A stretch of 63,219 nucleotides of DNA, filler included, from Octopus bimaculoides (taxonomy: Eukaryota): the NCBI RefSeq assembly GCF_001194135.2. It is 8 parts of 7 records of this genome, joined end to end, with 100 filler letters (N's around TTAATTAATTAA, not from the genome) between each part and the next. Parts side by side here need not be neighbours in the genome. Positions count along the whole stretch, not along the records: positions 23,527 to 29,357 come from NC_068983.1; positions 29,458 to 45,098 come from NC_068988.1; 6 more parts are not named here. The stretch is one strand, 5' to 3'. Below, in pieces: positions 26,253 through 37,303 of this stretch. Position numbers and translations under genes: made by a program. Position 1 is the stretch's first letter, and each line of letters opens with the position of its first letter. The notes beneath the pieces were generated by a model. It saw only the letters and a list, made by a program, of their open reading frames with translations, had not been told where the DNA came from and did no database searches.

Positions 26253-26631
26253 GGCATTCCGTCGCTTACGACGTTGAGGGTTCCAGTTGATCCGATCAAC
26301 GGAACAGTCTGCTCGTGAAATTAACGTGCAAGTGGCTGAGCACTCCACAGACACGTGTACCCTTAACGTAGTTCTCGAGGGATATTCAGCGTGACACAAT
26401 GTGACAAGGCTGGCCCTTTGAATTACAGGCACAACAGAAACAGGAAGTAAGAGTGAGAGAAAGTTGTGGTGAAAGAGTACAGCAGCGTTCGCCACCATCC
26501 CCTGCCGGAACCTCGTGGAGCTTTAGGTATTTTCGCTCAATAAACACTCACAACGCCCAGTCTGGGAATCGAAACCGCGATCCTATGACCGCGAGTCCGC
26601 TGCCCTAACCACTGGGCCATTGCGCCTCCAC
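26253..26631 (-). mobile_element. tRNA-derived SINE family B (Nin/Deu-domain-like core)
   Basis: Minus head gtggaggcgcaatggcccagtggttagggcagcggactcgcggtc..ggtttcgattccc with A and B boxes; core gagtgctcagccacttgcacgttaatttcacgagc. Confidence 0.8.
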
Positions 26632-26752
26632 TATTGTTGTAATAAACAGAAGAGAACTGTTGTAGATACTCGAGTGTTTCCATTTATTCTCCATATTATT
26701 TCTTTACATTTCTATAGAATATTTATTCTCTTCAATGTCATTTCTGTTTCAG

Positions 26753-26832
26753 CAAAATACAACAAAGAGAAGAAATCAAAGAATACAGATCAGGATGAGG
26801 ACAAGGAGAACATGGATGGATATCCTGATAAG
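26753..26832 (+). CDS. Candidate coding exon C (80 nt): (S/A)KYNKEKKSKNTDQDEDKENMDGYPDK
   Basis: Strong acceptor gtcatttctgtttcag, donor AAG|gtatgg; purine-rich coding-like composition in unique DNA; phase 1 to 0. Confidence 0.6.
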
Positions 26833-27019
26833 GTATGGTTCTAAGTAGTAGAACATTTGAGAATTTACTCCTTTTTATACATGTGTGTGTGTGTGTACAT
26901 GTTCTGGTGATCTCATGAAGTAGCTTTCTTTATTTGCATAAATTTGTGAATATGCAATTGTATCATATAACCCTGAGCCTACATAGTGATACAAACACAT
27001 ATGTATAATTTTGCATACT

Positions 27020-27285
27020 GAAATCTCCTGTGCAGGTGGCACCTAAAAAACACAATTTGAGCGTGGTTGTTGCCAGTACTGCCAGACTGGCCCTCGTGCC
27101 GGTGGCACGTAAAAGCATCCACAACACTCTCGGAGTGGTTGGCATTAGGAAGGGCATCCAGCTGTAGAAACTCTGCCAGATCAGATTGGAGCCTGGTGCA
27201 GCCATCTGGTTTGCTAGTCCTCAGTCAAATCATCCAACCCAATCTATCACAGAAAGCGGACGTTAAATGATGATGATGATGAAAT
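27020..27285 (-). mobile_element. RTE-type 3'-end repeat with (CAT)n tail
   Basis: ggttggcattaggaagggcatccagctgtagaaactctgccagatcagattggagcctggtgcagccatc; inverse of 29035-29357. Confidence 0.75.
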
Positions 27286-27504
27286 TAATAATACTACATC
27301 ATTATCATCATCATTTAATATCTGTTTTCAATGGGTTGGATGGTTGACTGGAACTGGCAAGCCAGAAGATTGCACTGAGCTCGTCTGTCAAGTTTTGTAT
27401 AATTTCTATGGCCTTTGTTGATGCTAAACATATTACAGAGTGTACTGGCTGCTTTTTATGTGGCACCAGCACTGATGGGGGTCACCTAGTAACTTACAAG
27501 ACAA

Positions 27505-28186
27505 AGGATATGGCTGTGTGGTAAGTAGCTTGCTTACGAACCACATGGTTCCGGGTTCAAGTCTCACTGCGTGACACCTTGGGCAAGTGTCTTCTACTAT
27601 AGCCCCAGGTCGACCAAAGCCTTGTGAGTGGATTTGGTAGATGGAAACTGAAAGAAGCCCATCGTATATATGTATATATATCATCATCATCATCATCATC
27701 NNNNNNNNNNNNNNNNNNNNNNNNNNNNNNNNNNNNNNNNNNNNNNNNNNNNNNNNNNNNNNNNNNNNNNNNNNNNNNNNNNNNNNNNNNNNNNNNNNNN
27801 NNNNNNNNNNNNNNNNNNNNNNNNNNNNNNNNNNNNNNNNNNNNNNNNNNNNNNNNNNNNNNNNNNNNNNNNNNNNNNNNNNNNNNNNNNNNNNNNNNNN
27901 NNNNNNNNNNNNNNNNNNNNNNNNNNNNNNNNNNNNNNNNNNNNNNNNNNNNNNNNNNNNNNNNNNGTATGTGTGTGTGTATATGTTTGTGTGTCTGTGT
28001 TTATCTCCCCAACATCGCGTGACAACCGATGCTGGTGTGTTTACGTCCCCGTAACTTAGCGGTTCGGCAAAAGAGACAGATAGAATAAGTACTAGGCTTA
28101 CAAAGAATAAATCCTGGGGTCGATTTGCTCGACTAAAGGCGGTGCTCCAGTCAAATGACTGAAACAAGTAAAAGAGTAAAAGAGTA
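27505..28186 (+). mobile_element. SINE family A (spans a gap)
   Basis: tggctgtgtggtaagtagcttgc..ccgggttcaagtc..caccttgggcaagtgtcttc (CORE-like) and tail gaaacaagtaaaagagtaaaagagta. Confidence 0.9.
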
Positions 28187-28361
28187 GGAGTGGCAGGATA
28201 ACAGTAATACAGGAGAGAGCGAGAGATAACAAAGCAGCTTTAGGCTGCTGGAGCAGGTGGTGGTGGTGGTGGGGGAGACAACCATGAAGATATGTAGTTT
28301 GGTTCTTTGGGGGTGAATTAATGCTTCTAGAAATCAGTTTTGCTAAGGTGGGTGGGTCTTC

Positions 28362-28740
28362 TCAAGAACCTTGTATCACCAGACATCTTGGTCTGTTGTC
28401 ATCTCCTCTGTAGGGGCTCAATATCTTGAAGTAGGCCCTCACTGCTTCATCCCATGTTTTCCTGCATCTCCCTCTTCCCTGCGTTCCATTCACTTTAAGC
28501 GATTGGCACTTCTTTATACAGCTGTCCTCATTGATATACATCACTTGTACAAACCATCGTAGTCTTCTCTCTTGCATGCTACACCTAATTCCTCTTATGC
28601 CTAACTTTTCTCTCAATGCCTTTGCACTTTGTTGTACTTGCACACTAATTAGAGTATACTAGCTTCATTCTTCTCCAGTCCTTACTTGTCCTCTACATTC
28701 AGGGCTCACATCTCATCTCGCTACTGAGGAGTATAGCCAG
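28362..28740 (-). mobile_element. RTE-clade LINE C-terminal fragment
   Basis: LREKLGIRGIRCSMQERRLRWF..VMYINEDSCIKKCQSLKVNGTQGRGRCRKTWDEAV matches the RTE LRWFGHV..GRGRPRKTW motif. Confidence 0.85.
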
Positions 28741-28883
28741 AAAAAGGTTATTATGAAACAACTGTAAACAGTTGACTCAGTACTTTTTACCTGGCACTAG
28801 TGCAATGTAATCAATGCATAAAATCTATTGGAAAATAATTTTTTAAATTAAGGTTCAGCTGATTGCTCTTTTTATGTCCACAG

Positions 28884-28970
28884 TGATTAAAAAATTGTTT
28901 AAACATACCAGCTCTTTACAACTCTGATATATCGGATTAACATTAATAAACTTACATTGTGTTTTACTCT
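28884..28970 (+). other. Candidate terminal exon D
   Basis: Acceptor ctttttatgtccacag followed immediately by TGA; AATAAA at 28945-28950; GT-rich downstream element. Confidence 0.35.
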
Positions 28971-29034
28971 TGTGATGGCTAGAACCTATAGATTTACGCA
29001 AGTAAAATTTATGTATGCATGTGTATCATCATCA

Positions 29035-29357
29035 TCATCATCATCATCGTTTAACCTCCGCTTTCCATGCTAGCATGGGTTGGATGATTTGACTGAAGAC
29101 TGGTGAAACCAGATGGCTGCACCAGGCTCCAATCTAATTTGGCAGAGTTTCTACAGCTGGATGCCCTTCCTAACGCCAACCACTCAGAGAGTGTAGTGGG
29201 TGCTTTTATGTGCCACCAGCACGAAGGCCAGTCAGGCGGTACTGGCAACAGCCATGCTCAAAATGGTGTATTTTATGTGCCACCTGCACAGGAGCCAGTG
29301 CAGGGGCACTGGCAATGATCTCGCTCGAAAATCCTTACACATGTCACGGGCATAAGT
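29035..29357 (+). mobile_element. RTE-type 3'-end repeat
   Basis: (CAT)n-cgtttaacctccgctttccatgctagcatgggttgg..ggatgcccttcctaacgccaaccac. Confidence 0.75.
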
Positions 29358-29459
29358 NNNNNNNNNNNNNNNNNNNNNNNNNNNNNNNNNNNNNNNNNNN
29401 NTTAATTAATTAANNNNNNNNNNNNNNNNNNNNNNNNNNNNNNNNNNNNNNNNNNNNTT

Positions 29460-29806
29460 TTTATGACAAAAGTGTGTCCCGACTGGAATCTGTATGTTGT
29501 TCCTTCCATGAGGGGGATGCAAGTCCTGCAGTTGGAACGACCACATTTTTTGACGGTAGGTGGTGGGCTTGTGTTGGGCAATTTTGCATTCGTGAGTAGG
29601 TGTTTTTAGGGATTTGGGTTGTCTTTTGCTTTTTATTATTTTATGAGTTGCGAGTACTCTTTTTAGACGTGGGTCTTGATTCAGTTGTGGGATGTTTTTG
29701 TATATTATTGTGTAAGCTTCTGCATTTCTCGGATTGTGTGTTGAGAGATATGGGAGACTATTTAAAGTGCCGTGTATGCGTTTCGGTTTTCGCAGGTCAT
29801 GGGTAA
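29460..29806 (-). mobile_element. Penelope-like element fragment (linker and start of GIY-YIG domain)
   Basis: LPYLSTHNPRNAEAYTIIYKNIPQLNQDPRLKRVLATHKIIKSKRQPKSLK..PTVKKCGRSNCRTCIPLMEG..F.SGHTFVIK. Confidence 0.8.
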
Positions 29807-29807
29807 T

Positions 29808-31025
29808 CTACATACATATACTCACATCAAGATACATATATACACCATATCGTATATATGCATACAGATGTATTTAAAGTTTGTCTGGTATATAGAATAT
29901 TAAAATAAGAAAATTGTACAACAAATAGATATAATGTAATTAAATGTAATATAAATATATAGATTTTAAAAATATATAAATTTGAAATAATAATTTAAAA
30001 TTTTAATATTTTAAAATGAATTTAAATTTAAATTTGCAAAACGGTCGATTATTTTCGTAACGATCGAATGTAAAATATAAAAGTGAAAGATGCACCAGCA
30101 CTGTAACACTGTAACACTAAACGATGTCTGTATTTTAGATTTAAAAGCCAAATTCAAATGCGAAAGTCAAAAACTTTTCGAATGTCACAAATTTGTACTC
30201 ATAGGGTATTTTTCCAGTTGACATTTTAAACCATATAGCGTGCCAGCAGGAATTTAAAATATTTTTATCCTGGAACAGAATGAAGAGTTTTTCTGAAAGG
30301 CAAAATTGCATTTCATTGGTCTTCTATATGCCCCATGCTTATATGTTGCTGCTCTTCCCAAAGTACAGCTAATATTGGATAGACGAGTGTCATTTTCCTT
30401 CAAGTGCTAGACATGTTTTGCAAGACTTGCTGCTGTCTTTGGGAATCGCCAACAATTTCGGTGGGAATGAATCGTAGTCTTGAATGAATTTTCCGAAGGT
30501 CCTGTGTATGTTTTATATTATTATAAGCCATCTATTTGTACTTAAGTTCTATAAACTATTCCTTTTTCAAGACATTTTCCTTCTAACGGACAGCAATTCT
30601 TGCCTTTGAAATTGCAATTCTTGTGGTTAAATTCGGCACTGTGATTGCCTCTAATGACTTTTCCGTTATGCTGATAGCTAAAAGAGGCGAGGTTTTTGCA
30701 ACAAGAATTGCTATCTTTCAGCGTTCTCCTATTAAAAATTCTATAGAACTTATGGCTAGTTTGAAAATGTTTAGAAACTTGTTTTAAGACTTCCCGACCT
30801 ATATTTGTTTTTACGGCAATATTAAATGCCGCATTAAACCACACATCTTTCTTAGTTCTAGCTCTACGTGGTTTATTATTGCTACAAGTTGTTTGACTAT
30901 ACCGCATCTTCTCCAAGAATCCACTGTTCCTTCATGCATTATTATAATACCGCGCGGCATTTTGAAACGCTATTCCGTCTAAAGATATTGATGATATGCG
31001 CCTTCCTATATTACTAACTAAGTTC
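29808..31025 (-). mobile_element. Penelope-like element 3' half (linker, GIY-YIG, 3' UTR), second family
   Basis: WFNAAFNIAVKTNIGREVLK..KIFNRRTLK..SCCKNL, CPLEGKCLEKGIVYRT, YTGPSENSFK, then a degenerate KCN.CLSEKLFIL; many stops. Confidence 0.85.
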
Positions 31026-31054
31026 TTAAGAACTACGGATTCGACGATTTGATT

Positions 31055-31560
31055 CTTTGTTAATATAAAATAGCTTCAGACGAGACAGAGTTTCAAAATG
31101 CCGTGCTGTGATATAATAAGGCATTAAGGAACAGTGGATTCTCGGAATTCTCGGAGAAGATCCAATATAGTTAAACTACTTCTAGCAATAATAGAACTTG
31201 AACTAGGAAAGACTTGTGGTCTAATCCGGCATTTAATATTGCTGTAAAAACAAATAGAGGTAGGGAATCCTTAAAACAACTTTCAAAACATTTTCAAACT
31301 AGCCATAAGTTCTATAGAATTTTTTATAGGAAAGCGCCAAAGTTTAGCTCGCCTCTTTTATCTATCAAATAGTTCATATAGTTTTTAAAATTTAAATATT
31401 TATTAAAATTTATATATTTATACTACATTTAATTATATTAATTCATTGTACAATTTTTCTATTTTAATATCCTATACACCAGACAGTTTTTAAATATATC
31501 TGTATACGTATATACGTTATGGTAAATACATGTATCTTGACATGAATATTATGTATGTCG
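31055..31560 (+). mobile_element. Internally deleted, inverted copy of the same Penelope element
   Basis: 31075-31335 is the reverse complement of 30735-30975, and 31380-31560 of 29808-30000. Confidence 0.85.
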
Positions 31561-32042
31561 ATATATATACATATATTTATATCTTTGTACATGTTTATTT
31601 GTATGTTTATATGTTTATATTTGTATGTTTTTTCTTTCTTCCACCACTTCTTTTTTTTCTTCGTATTCTTTCTCCCACCACTTATACTGATTTACTTTTC
31701 GTTTTCTTTCCGTATTTGAAATACATTAGGACAAGTATTATGTTCCTGTATATATGTATGGGGGTACCTATATTTGTACATATTTATGTTTTGCCCGTAT
31801 TCGTTTGTATATGTAGGCACGTACCAACGTTTGTATGTTGAGTGTATATATGTACATAGGATTTTGGTACGTGTATGTATCACTAAATGTATATTTTTAT
31901 GATGTTAGCTCTTTTAAACGGACATATCTTTTGAGTTATTTAAATTTCTTTTTGCCATTAATTAATTTACCCTGTTTATACAGGTAAATTTCCTTTTGCT
32001 AAGGCTAAATTTTGATTTAAGGTTGTTCTTTTCTATATTTTT

Positions 32043-32935
32043 GAGATGAGGAATTCTATACATTATTTACATAGGACGGAAATGTGTCCTCATCTTGTTT
32101 GTTGTTACCACAACGTTTCGGCTGATTTACCCTCCAGCCTTCATCGGGAAGAATTTAGAACACAACCCTTGGTTCTAATTCCTAAGGTATTGTTTTGGCT
32201 GATGTTATTACTATTATTATTACTATTATTATTATTCATTAAACTCGCAATCTTGGGGTTAGTAGCCTGCGCTCTTACCCATTACTCTATATGCCCGTGG
32301 GCAATTATAGAGTGAATTTTAGTGCTTATAAAACTAATATTTTTGTATCCTTCTTTAATACCGGTTTCCATATTCTACTCATATCTGTACTAGGTCTGCT
32401 TAGGAGGTTATTATGTCCTAGCATATGTGCTGCCTCTTTTAGTTTTCGTATTTTCCAGTGGCGTTCTCTGTCTATTATTTCAACTTCATTCCACAGGGGA
32501 AGGTGGTCTCCGCTTTTCCATACCCGATTTTTCAACATCTCATCGTGTCACAGATTTACGATGTTCCTCTACCCTTATTTTCAGTGCGCGGCATGTTTCG
32601 CCTTTGTATAACCTACTACAACTGCATAGGATCGAGTACACTCAGTCTTTGGTCATATTCTTTCTATTGGTGGTTTTACTCGAAGAAGATATTTGCGAAG
32701 TGTTGTATGACTTTTGAATACCGCCCTGATGTCATATAAACCGCATATCTTTTGTATCTTTTCCAAGAGGCCTTCCAATTAAGATGGACAAACTGTGGTC
32801 GGTTTATGGGTTTCATCTTCTCTTTGCTTCTTAATTGGATTGGATAGTATGTTTTTTTCGGGTAGTTGTTGCTTTATAGATTGTTACTTAGCTTGATCAT
32901 TTCTTCGTGGTGTGTATCAGGATCGCTACTTATAT
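32043..32935 (-). mobile_element. Penelope-like element 3' end, third family: GIY-YIG ORF, (AAT)n, pLTR with hammerhead motif
   Basis: Reconstructed across frameshifts and stops: KIQKICGLYDIRAVFKSHTTLRKYLLRVKPPIE..VYSI.CSCSRLYKGETCRALKIRVEEHRK..WKSGDHLPLWNEVEIIDRERHWKIRKLKEAAHM; pLTR at 32043-32205. Confidence 0.9.
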
Positions 32936-33109
32936 TCATTACTCGATATTTAAGGTTTTTCTTCTATTTTTATAAATATTATTTAAAATCGTAATTGTAA
33001 TTTCATATAACTGGTTAGTAAAAAGACCATTAGTTGAAAGGACCAATGAAACAAAACCATTTTAAAATAGGTATCTATCAACGTAATTGTATATTTATGC
33101 ATATAACCT

Positions 33110-33270
33110 TATTTTGTTACATTTTCAAACAAAACTATCCGAAGAACGGGAACGTGAAACTCTGAGTAACAGCATTTTTTTTGTGTGATGTCTTTGCAGC
33201 TTTATTAATAAAGCATATTACTCTACCTCTCGTATTCGAGTACTATTTTCTCCAGCTTGTAACACATTTA
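33110..33270 (+). mobile_element. PLE-type terminal repeat with hammerhead-like motif and AATAAA
   Basis: CCGAAGA-ACG-GGAA-CGT-GAAA-CTC-T-GAG-TA-acagc, then ttattaataaagc. Confidence 0.55.
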
Positions 33271-33717
33271 TGTGCTCTCTCTGGTGTGTGTGTTTGTATT
33301 ATGTATATCACTGTTCCCATAATAAACACATCCTACAACGTAAATTGGAGCAGGCGTTGTCAGGGGATTTATATTTCTCAAGGAAGGATATCATCCTACT
33401 CTCATATGCCCCCGTGAAGCAAATGAATGAGTAAAAGTAGGAAACAATTATATTGATTTTCGCAACTACAAAAGGCTCACTGATTAATCTCGATATATTT
33501 ACGAGTGTGAAACTCCAAAATAAGCTTCGAGAAGATTTAGATTAGCTGCTATGGAGACATATGTGTGTGTGTTTGCGTTTGTATGTGTGTGCATGTGTGT
33601 GTGTAATGTAGGTGTGTATATATGCATGAATCCGTGCATGTACGTGTATGTGTGTATAAACATGAATATATACATATATATATATATACATANNNNNNNN
33701 NNNNNNNNNNNNNNNNN

Positions 33718-33786
<69 letters not shown>

Positions 33787-33803
33787 ATACACAAATACAT
33801 GTA

Positions 33804-33840
33804 CTAGCAGAAATACCCGACCTTGCTCGGGATTAAAGTG
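33804..33840 (-). mobile_element. Isolated Helitron-type 3' terminus
   Basis: Minus strand CCCGA-gcaagg-TCGGG hairpin, 8 nt, CTAG, then T. Confidence 0.7.
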
Positions 33841-33844
33841 TATT

Positions 33845-34285
33845 TTTTTATTGCTTTACTTGTTCCAGACATGCGACAGCGGGCATGCTTTAGCAACGCC
33901 TTCGGTCGAAGTAATCGACCGCACCATTTATTGTTTGTAAGACTAGTACTTATTCTATCATTGTATTTGCCGAACCGCTACGTTATGGGAACGTACACAC
34001 ACAGCAACATTCGGTTGCCAAGCAATGGAACGGGTTAAAAACACACACACACACACACACAACACACACACACACAAAACACACATACACACACGCACAC
34101 ATATACACACACACACCCACATGCATATATACTCATATATACGACAGTCCACTTCCAGATTCTGTCAACCAAATCCGCTGACATGGCTTTAGTAGGCCCA
34201 AGGCAATTGTAGAAGACACTTACTCAGGGACTGAAACCGGAATCATGTGATTGATAAGCAAGCTTCTTAGCACTCAGGCACGCCC
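33845..34285 (-). mobile_element. SINE family A, degenerate
   Basis: ctttacttgttccag..ctagtacttattctatc..tttgccgaaccgcta..agtagaagacacttactcagg-like..agcaagcttcttagcac. Confidence 0.75.
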
Positions 34286-34362
34286 GAGTCTATATTTATA
34301 TATACAGATATACATATACACATATATATATGCATATATGAATATGTATACATATATATATG

Positions 34363-34427
<65 letters not shown>

Positions 34428-34964
34428 ACTTGGGGATGGTCATATTGCCAGTTTAGCCACACGATTTCACATCAAAGATCTTGCAAAACAAATATGTATA
34501 TNNNNNNNNNNNNNNNNNNNNNNNNNNNNNNNNNNNNNNNNNNNNNNNNNNNNNNNNNNNNNNNNNNNNNNNNNNNNNNNNNNNNNNNNNNNNNNNNNNN
34601 NNNNNNNNNNNNNNNNNNNNNNNNNNNNNNNNNNNNNNNNNNNNNNNNNNNNNNNNNNNNNNNNNNNNNNNNNNNNNNNNNNNNNNNNNNNNNNNNNNNN
34701 NNNNNNNNNNNNNNNNNNNNNNNNNNNNNNNNNNNNNNNNNNNNNNNNNNNNNNNNNNNNNNNNNNNNNNNNNNNNNNNNNNNNNNNNNNNNNNNNNNNN
34801 NNNNNNNNNNNNNNNNNNNNNNNNNNNNNNNNNNNNNNNNNNNNNNNNNNNNNNNNNNNNNNNNNNNNNNNNNNNNNNNNNNNNNNNNNNNNNNNNNNNN
34901 NNNNNNNNNNNNNNNNNNNNNNNNNNNNNNNNNNNATATATATATATATATACATATATATGCA

Positions 34965-35125
34965 CGAAATGAGGAGTAGACAGACAGCAGACAACTGATG
35001 AAGGCTCCCTCTTTGTGGTAATTGTTCTGCTTTCTATTTGTTTCTCTCGTTGTTTGCGAATTGAACTTATTTATCTTCGTATCTCATGTTGTTTACCGTT
35101 GGTGACGTTCTGTACCCATATATGC
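34965..35125 (+). mobile_element. Repeat family D
   Basis: gaaatgaggagtagacagacagcagacaactgatgaagg...gtgacgttctgtacccatatatgc. Confidence 0.65.
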
Positions 35126-35349
35126 ATATGTGTGTGTATATATATATATGTGTGTGTGCGTGTGTGTTTATGCATATATATATATTACTTATATTTATAT
35201 ATATATATATCCATGCTTACCTATATATACAAACATGTAGATAAATACATTTTTAAAGTAATAGAAATGATACTCATATATATAGATACATAATGAAAGT
35301 AATCGTAATTGAAACCATATTAAAGTGAAAGTTTTAATAAAGACGTTAT

Positions 35350-35632
35350 TGAAGTAGTTGTATGCTTTCAACTTAATGTGACAGTACCCTGAAGGGAATA
35401 ATACTACTGTTGGTGGTTAGACCTAGGAAGCTGCACCGCTTCTTGTCGGGCTTGACATATTTCCTGTGACCTTATGTTTACAAGGGGAAGACAAGCACCC
35501 CTTGTAAACATAAGGAAACAGGAAATGTGTCAAGGCCGACAGGAAGCAGTGCAGCTTCATAGGTCTAACCAACAGTAGTATTATTCCCTTCAGAGGACTG
35601 TCACATTAAGTTGACAGCATACAACTACTTCA
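35350..35632. repeat. Long palindrome: ~135-bp arms, 10-nt loop
   Basis: Arms about 90% identical by manual alignment (about 11 substitutions, one 3-nt indel); loop aagacaagca. Confidence 0.97.
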
Positions 35633-35689
35633 TCGTATCACTACTGCATAAATCTCTCTTGGAAATTTAGAAATGTATTATTTCTAAAG

Positions 35690-35950
35690 ATGTTATTTTT
35701 TCGCTTTTGTCACGTCATACGGAGACAGTGTAAGAGATAAGAAATAGTGCCGGGCTGGCATTAGGCAAGAAGTTGAAACATCTTTTTTTCTTTTGGCCCA
35801 TGACACTGCATAGATCCTAAGTAAGGCATGTGTAAAATTTGAATGAAATCCGCTGGGTAGTTCTCGAGTTTTTGTGCTGCACATATACAAACACACACAC
35901 AGACGGACAGACAGACTGACAGACACGTTCTCAGTTTTATATATAAAAGC
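35690..35950 (+). mobile_element. Non-autonomous Helitron/DINE-like element
   Basis: gtgtaaaatttgaatgaaatccgctgggtagttctcgag..(CAGA)n..cagttttatatata architecture; similar to 45380-45540. Confidence 0.45.
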
Positions 35951-36892
35951 GCGCGCGCGAATATATAAACAAACATTTGGGTAAGTATATCAACACACAT
36001 TTCCTAGATATAAATATGCCTGTGAATGTTGTTCGTACATTCGCTGCTACTTCTACGCTAGTGTATATATTATGTAGCATGATGTTGAGAACGATAAATG
36101 ATAGCGTGAATAGGATACTGAAACGAAAATGAATTCGTTGCAAATAAACATCGAACTTGGGACAGAAAACAGATCTATATTAAATATATATATATATGTA
36201 TATATATATATANNNNNNNNNNNNNNNNNNNNNNNNNNNNNNNNNNNNNNNNNNNNNNNNNNNNNNNNNNNNNNNNNNNNNNNNNNNNNNNNNNNNNNNN
36301 NNNNNNNNNNNNNNNNNNNNNNNNNNNNNNNNNNNNNNNNNNNNNNNNNNNNNNNNNNNNNNNNNNNNNNNNNNNNNNNNNNNNNNNNNNNNNNNNNNNN
36401 NNNNNNNNNNNNNNNNNNNNNNNNNNNNNNNNNNNNNNNNNNNNNNNNNNNNNNNNNNNNNNNNNNNNNNNNNNNNNNNNNNNNNNNNNNNNNNNNNNNN
36501 NNNNNNNNNNNNNNNNNNNNNNNNNNNNNNNNNNNNNNNNNNNNNNNNNNNNNNNNNNNNNNNNNNNNNNNNNNNNNNNNNNNNNNNNNNNNNNNNNNNN
36601 NNNNNNNNNNNNNNNNNNNNNNNNNNNNNNNNNNNNNNNNNNNNNNNNNNNNNNNNNNNNNNNNNNNNNNNNNNNNNNNNNNNNNNNNNNNNNNNNNNNN
36701 NNNNNNNNNNNNNNNNNNNNNNNNNNNNNNNNNNNNNNNNNNNNNNNNNNNNNNNNNNNNNNNNNNNNNNNNNNNNNNNNNNNNNNNNNNNNNNNNNNNN
36801 NNNNNNNNNNNNNNNNNNNNNNNNNNNNNNNNNNNNNNNNNNNNNNNNNNNNNNNNNNNNNNNNNNNNNNNNNNNNNNNNNNNNNNNNNNNN

Positions 36893-36979
<87 letters not shown>

Positions 36980-37075
36980 TTGTTGATTTCCGCACCCTAC
37001 AATACACATGTACATACATACATACATACATACATACATACATACATACATACATACATACATACTTACATACAT
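36893..37075. repeat. (GATA)n and (CATA)n microsatellites
   Basis: Direct reading. Confidence 0.95.
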
Positions 37076-37227
37076 ATGATAATCTGATAAACTCTAGGTA
37101 GGAACGTGGTTAAGTTGTCTTTATAAAAATAAATACACTTTTAATAAAATCAAATAAACGCTTACATAAGTAAGCAAGAATGTTATAAATTATTTGTATA
37201 GCAATCGTGAAAACAAAATAATAATAA

Positions 37228-37303
<76 letters not shown>

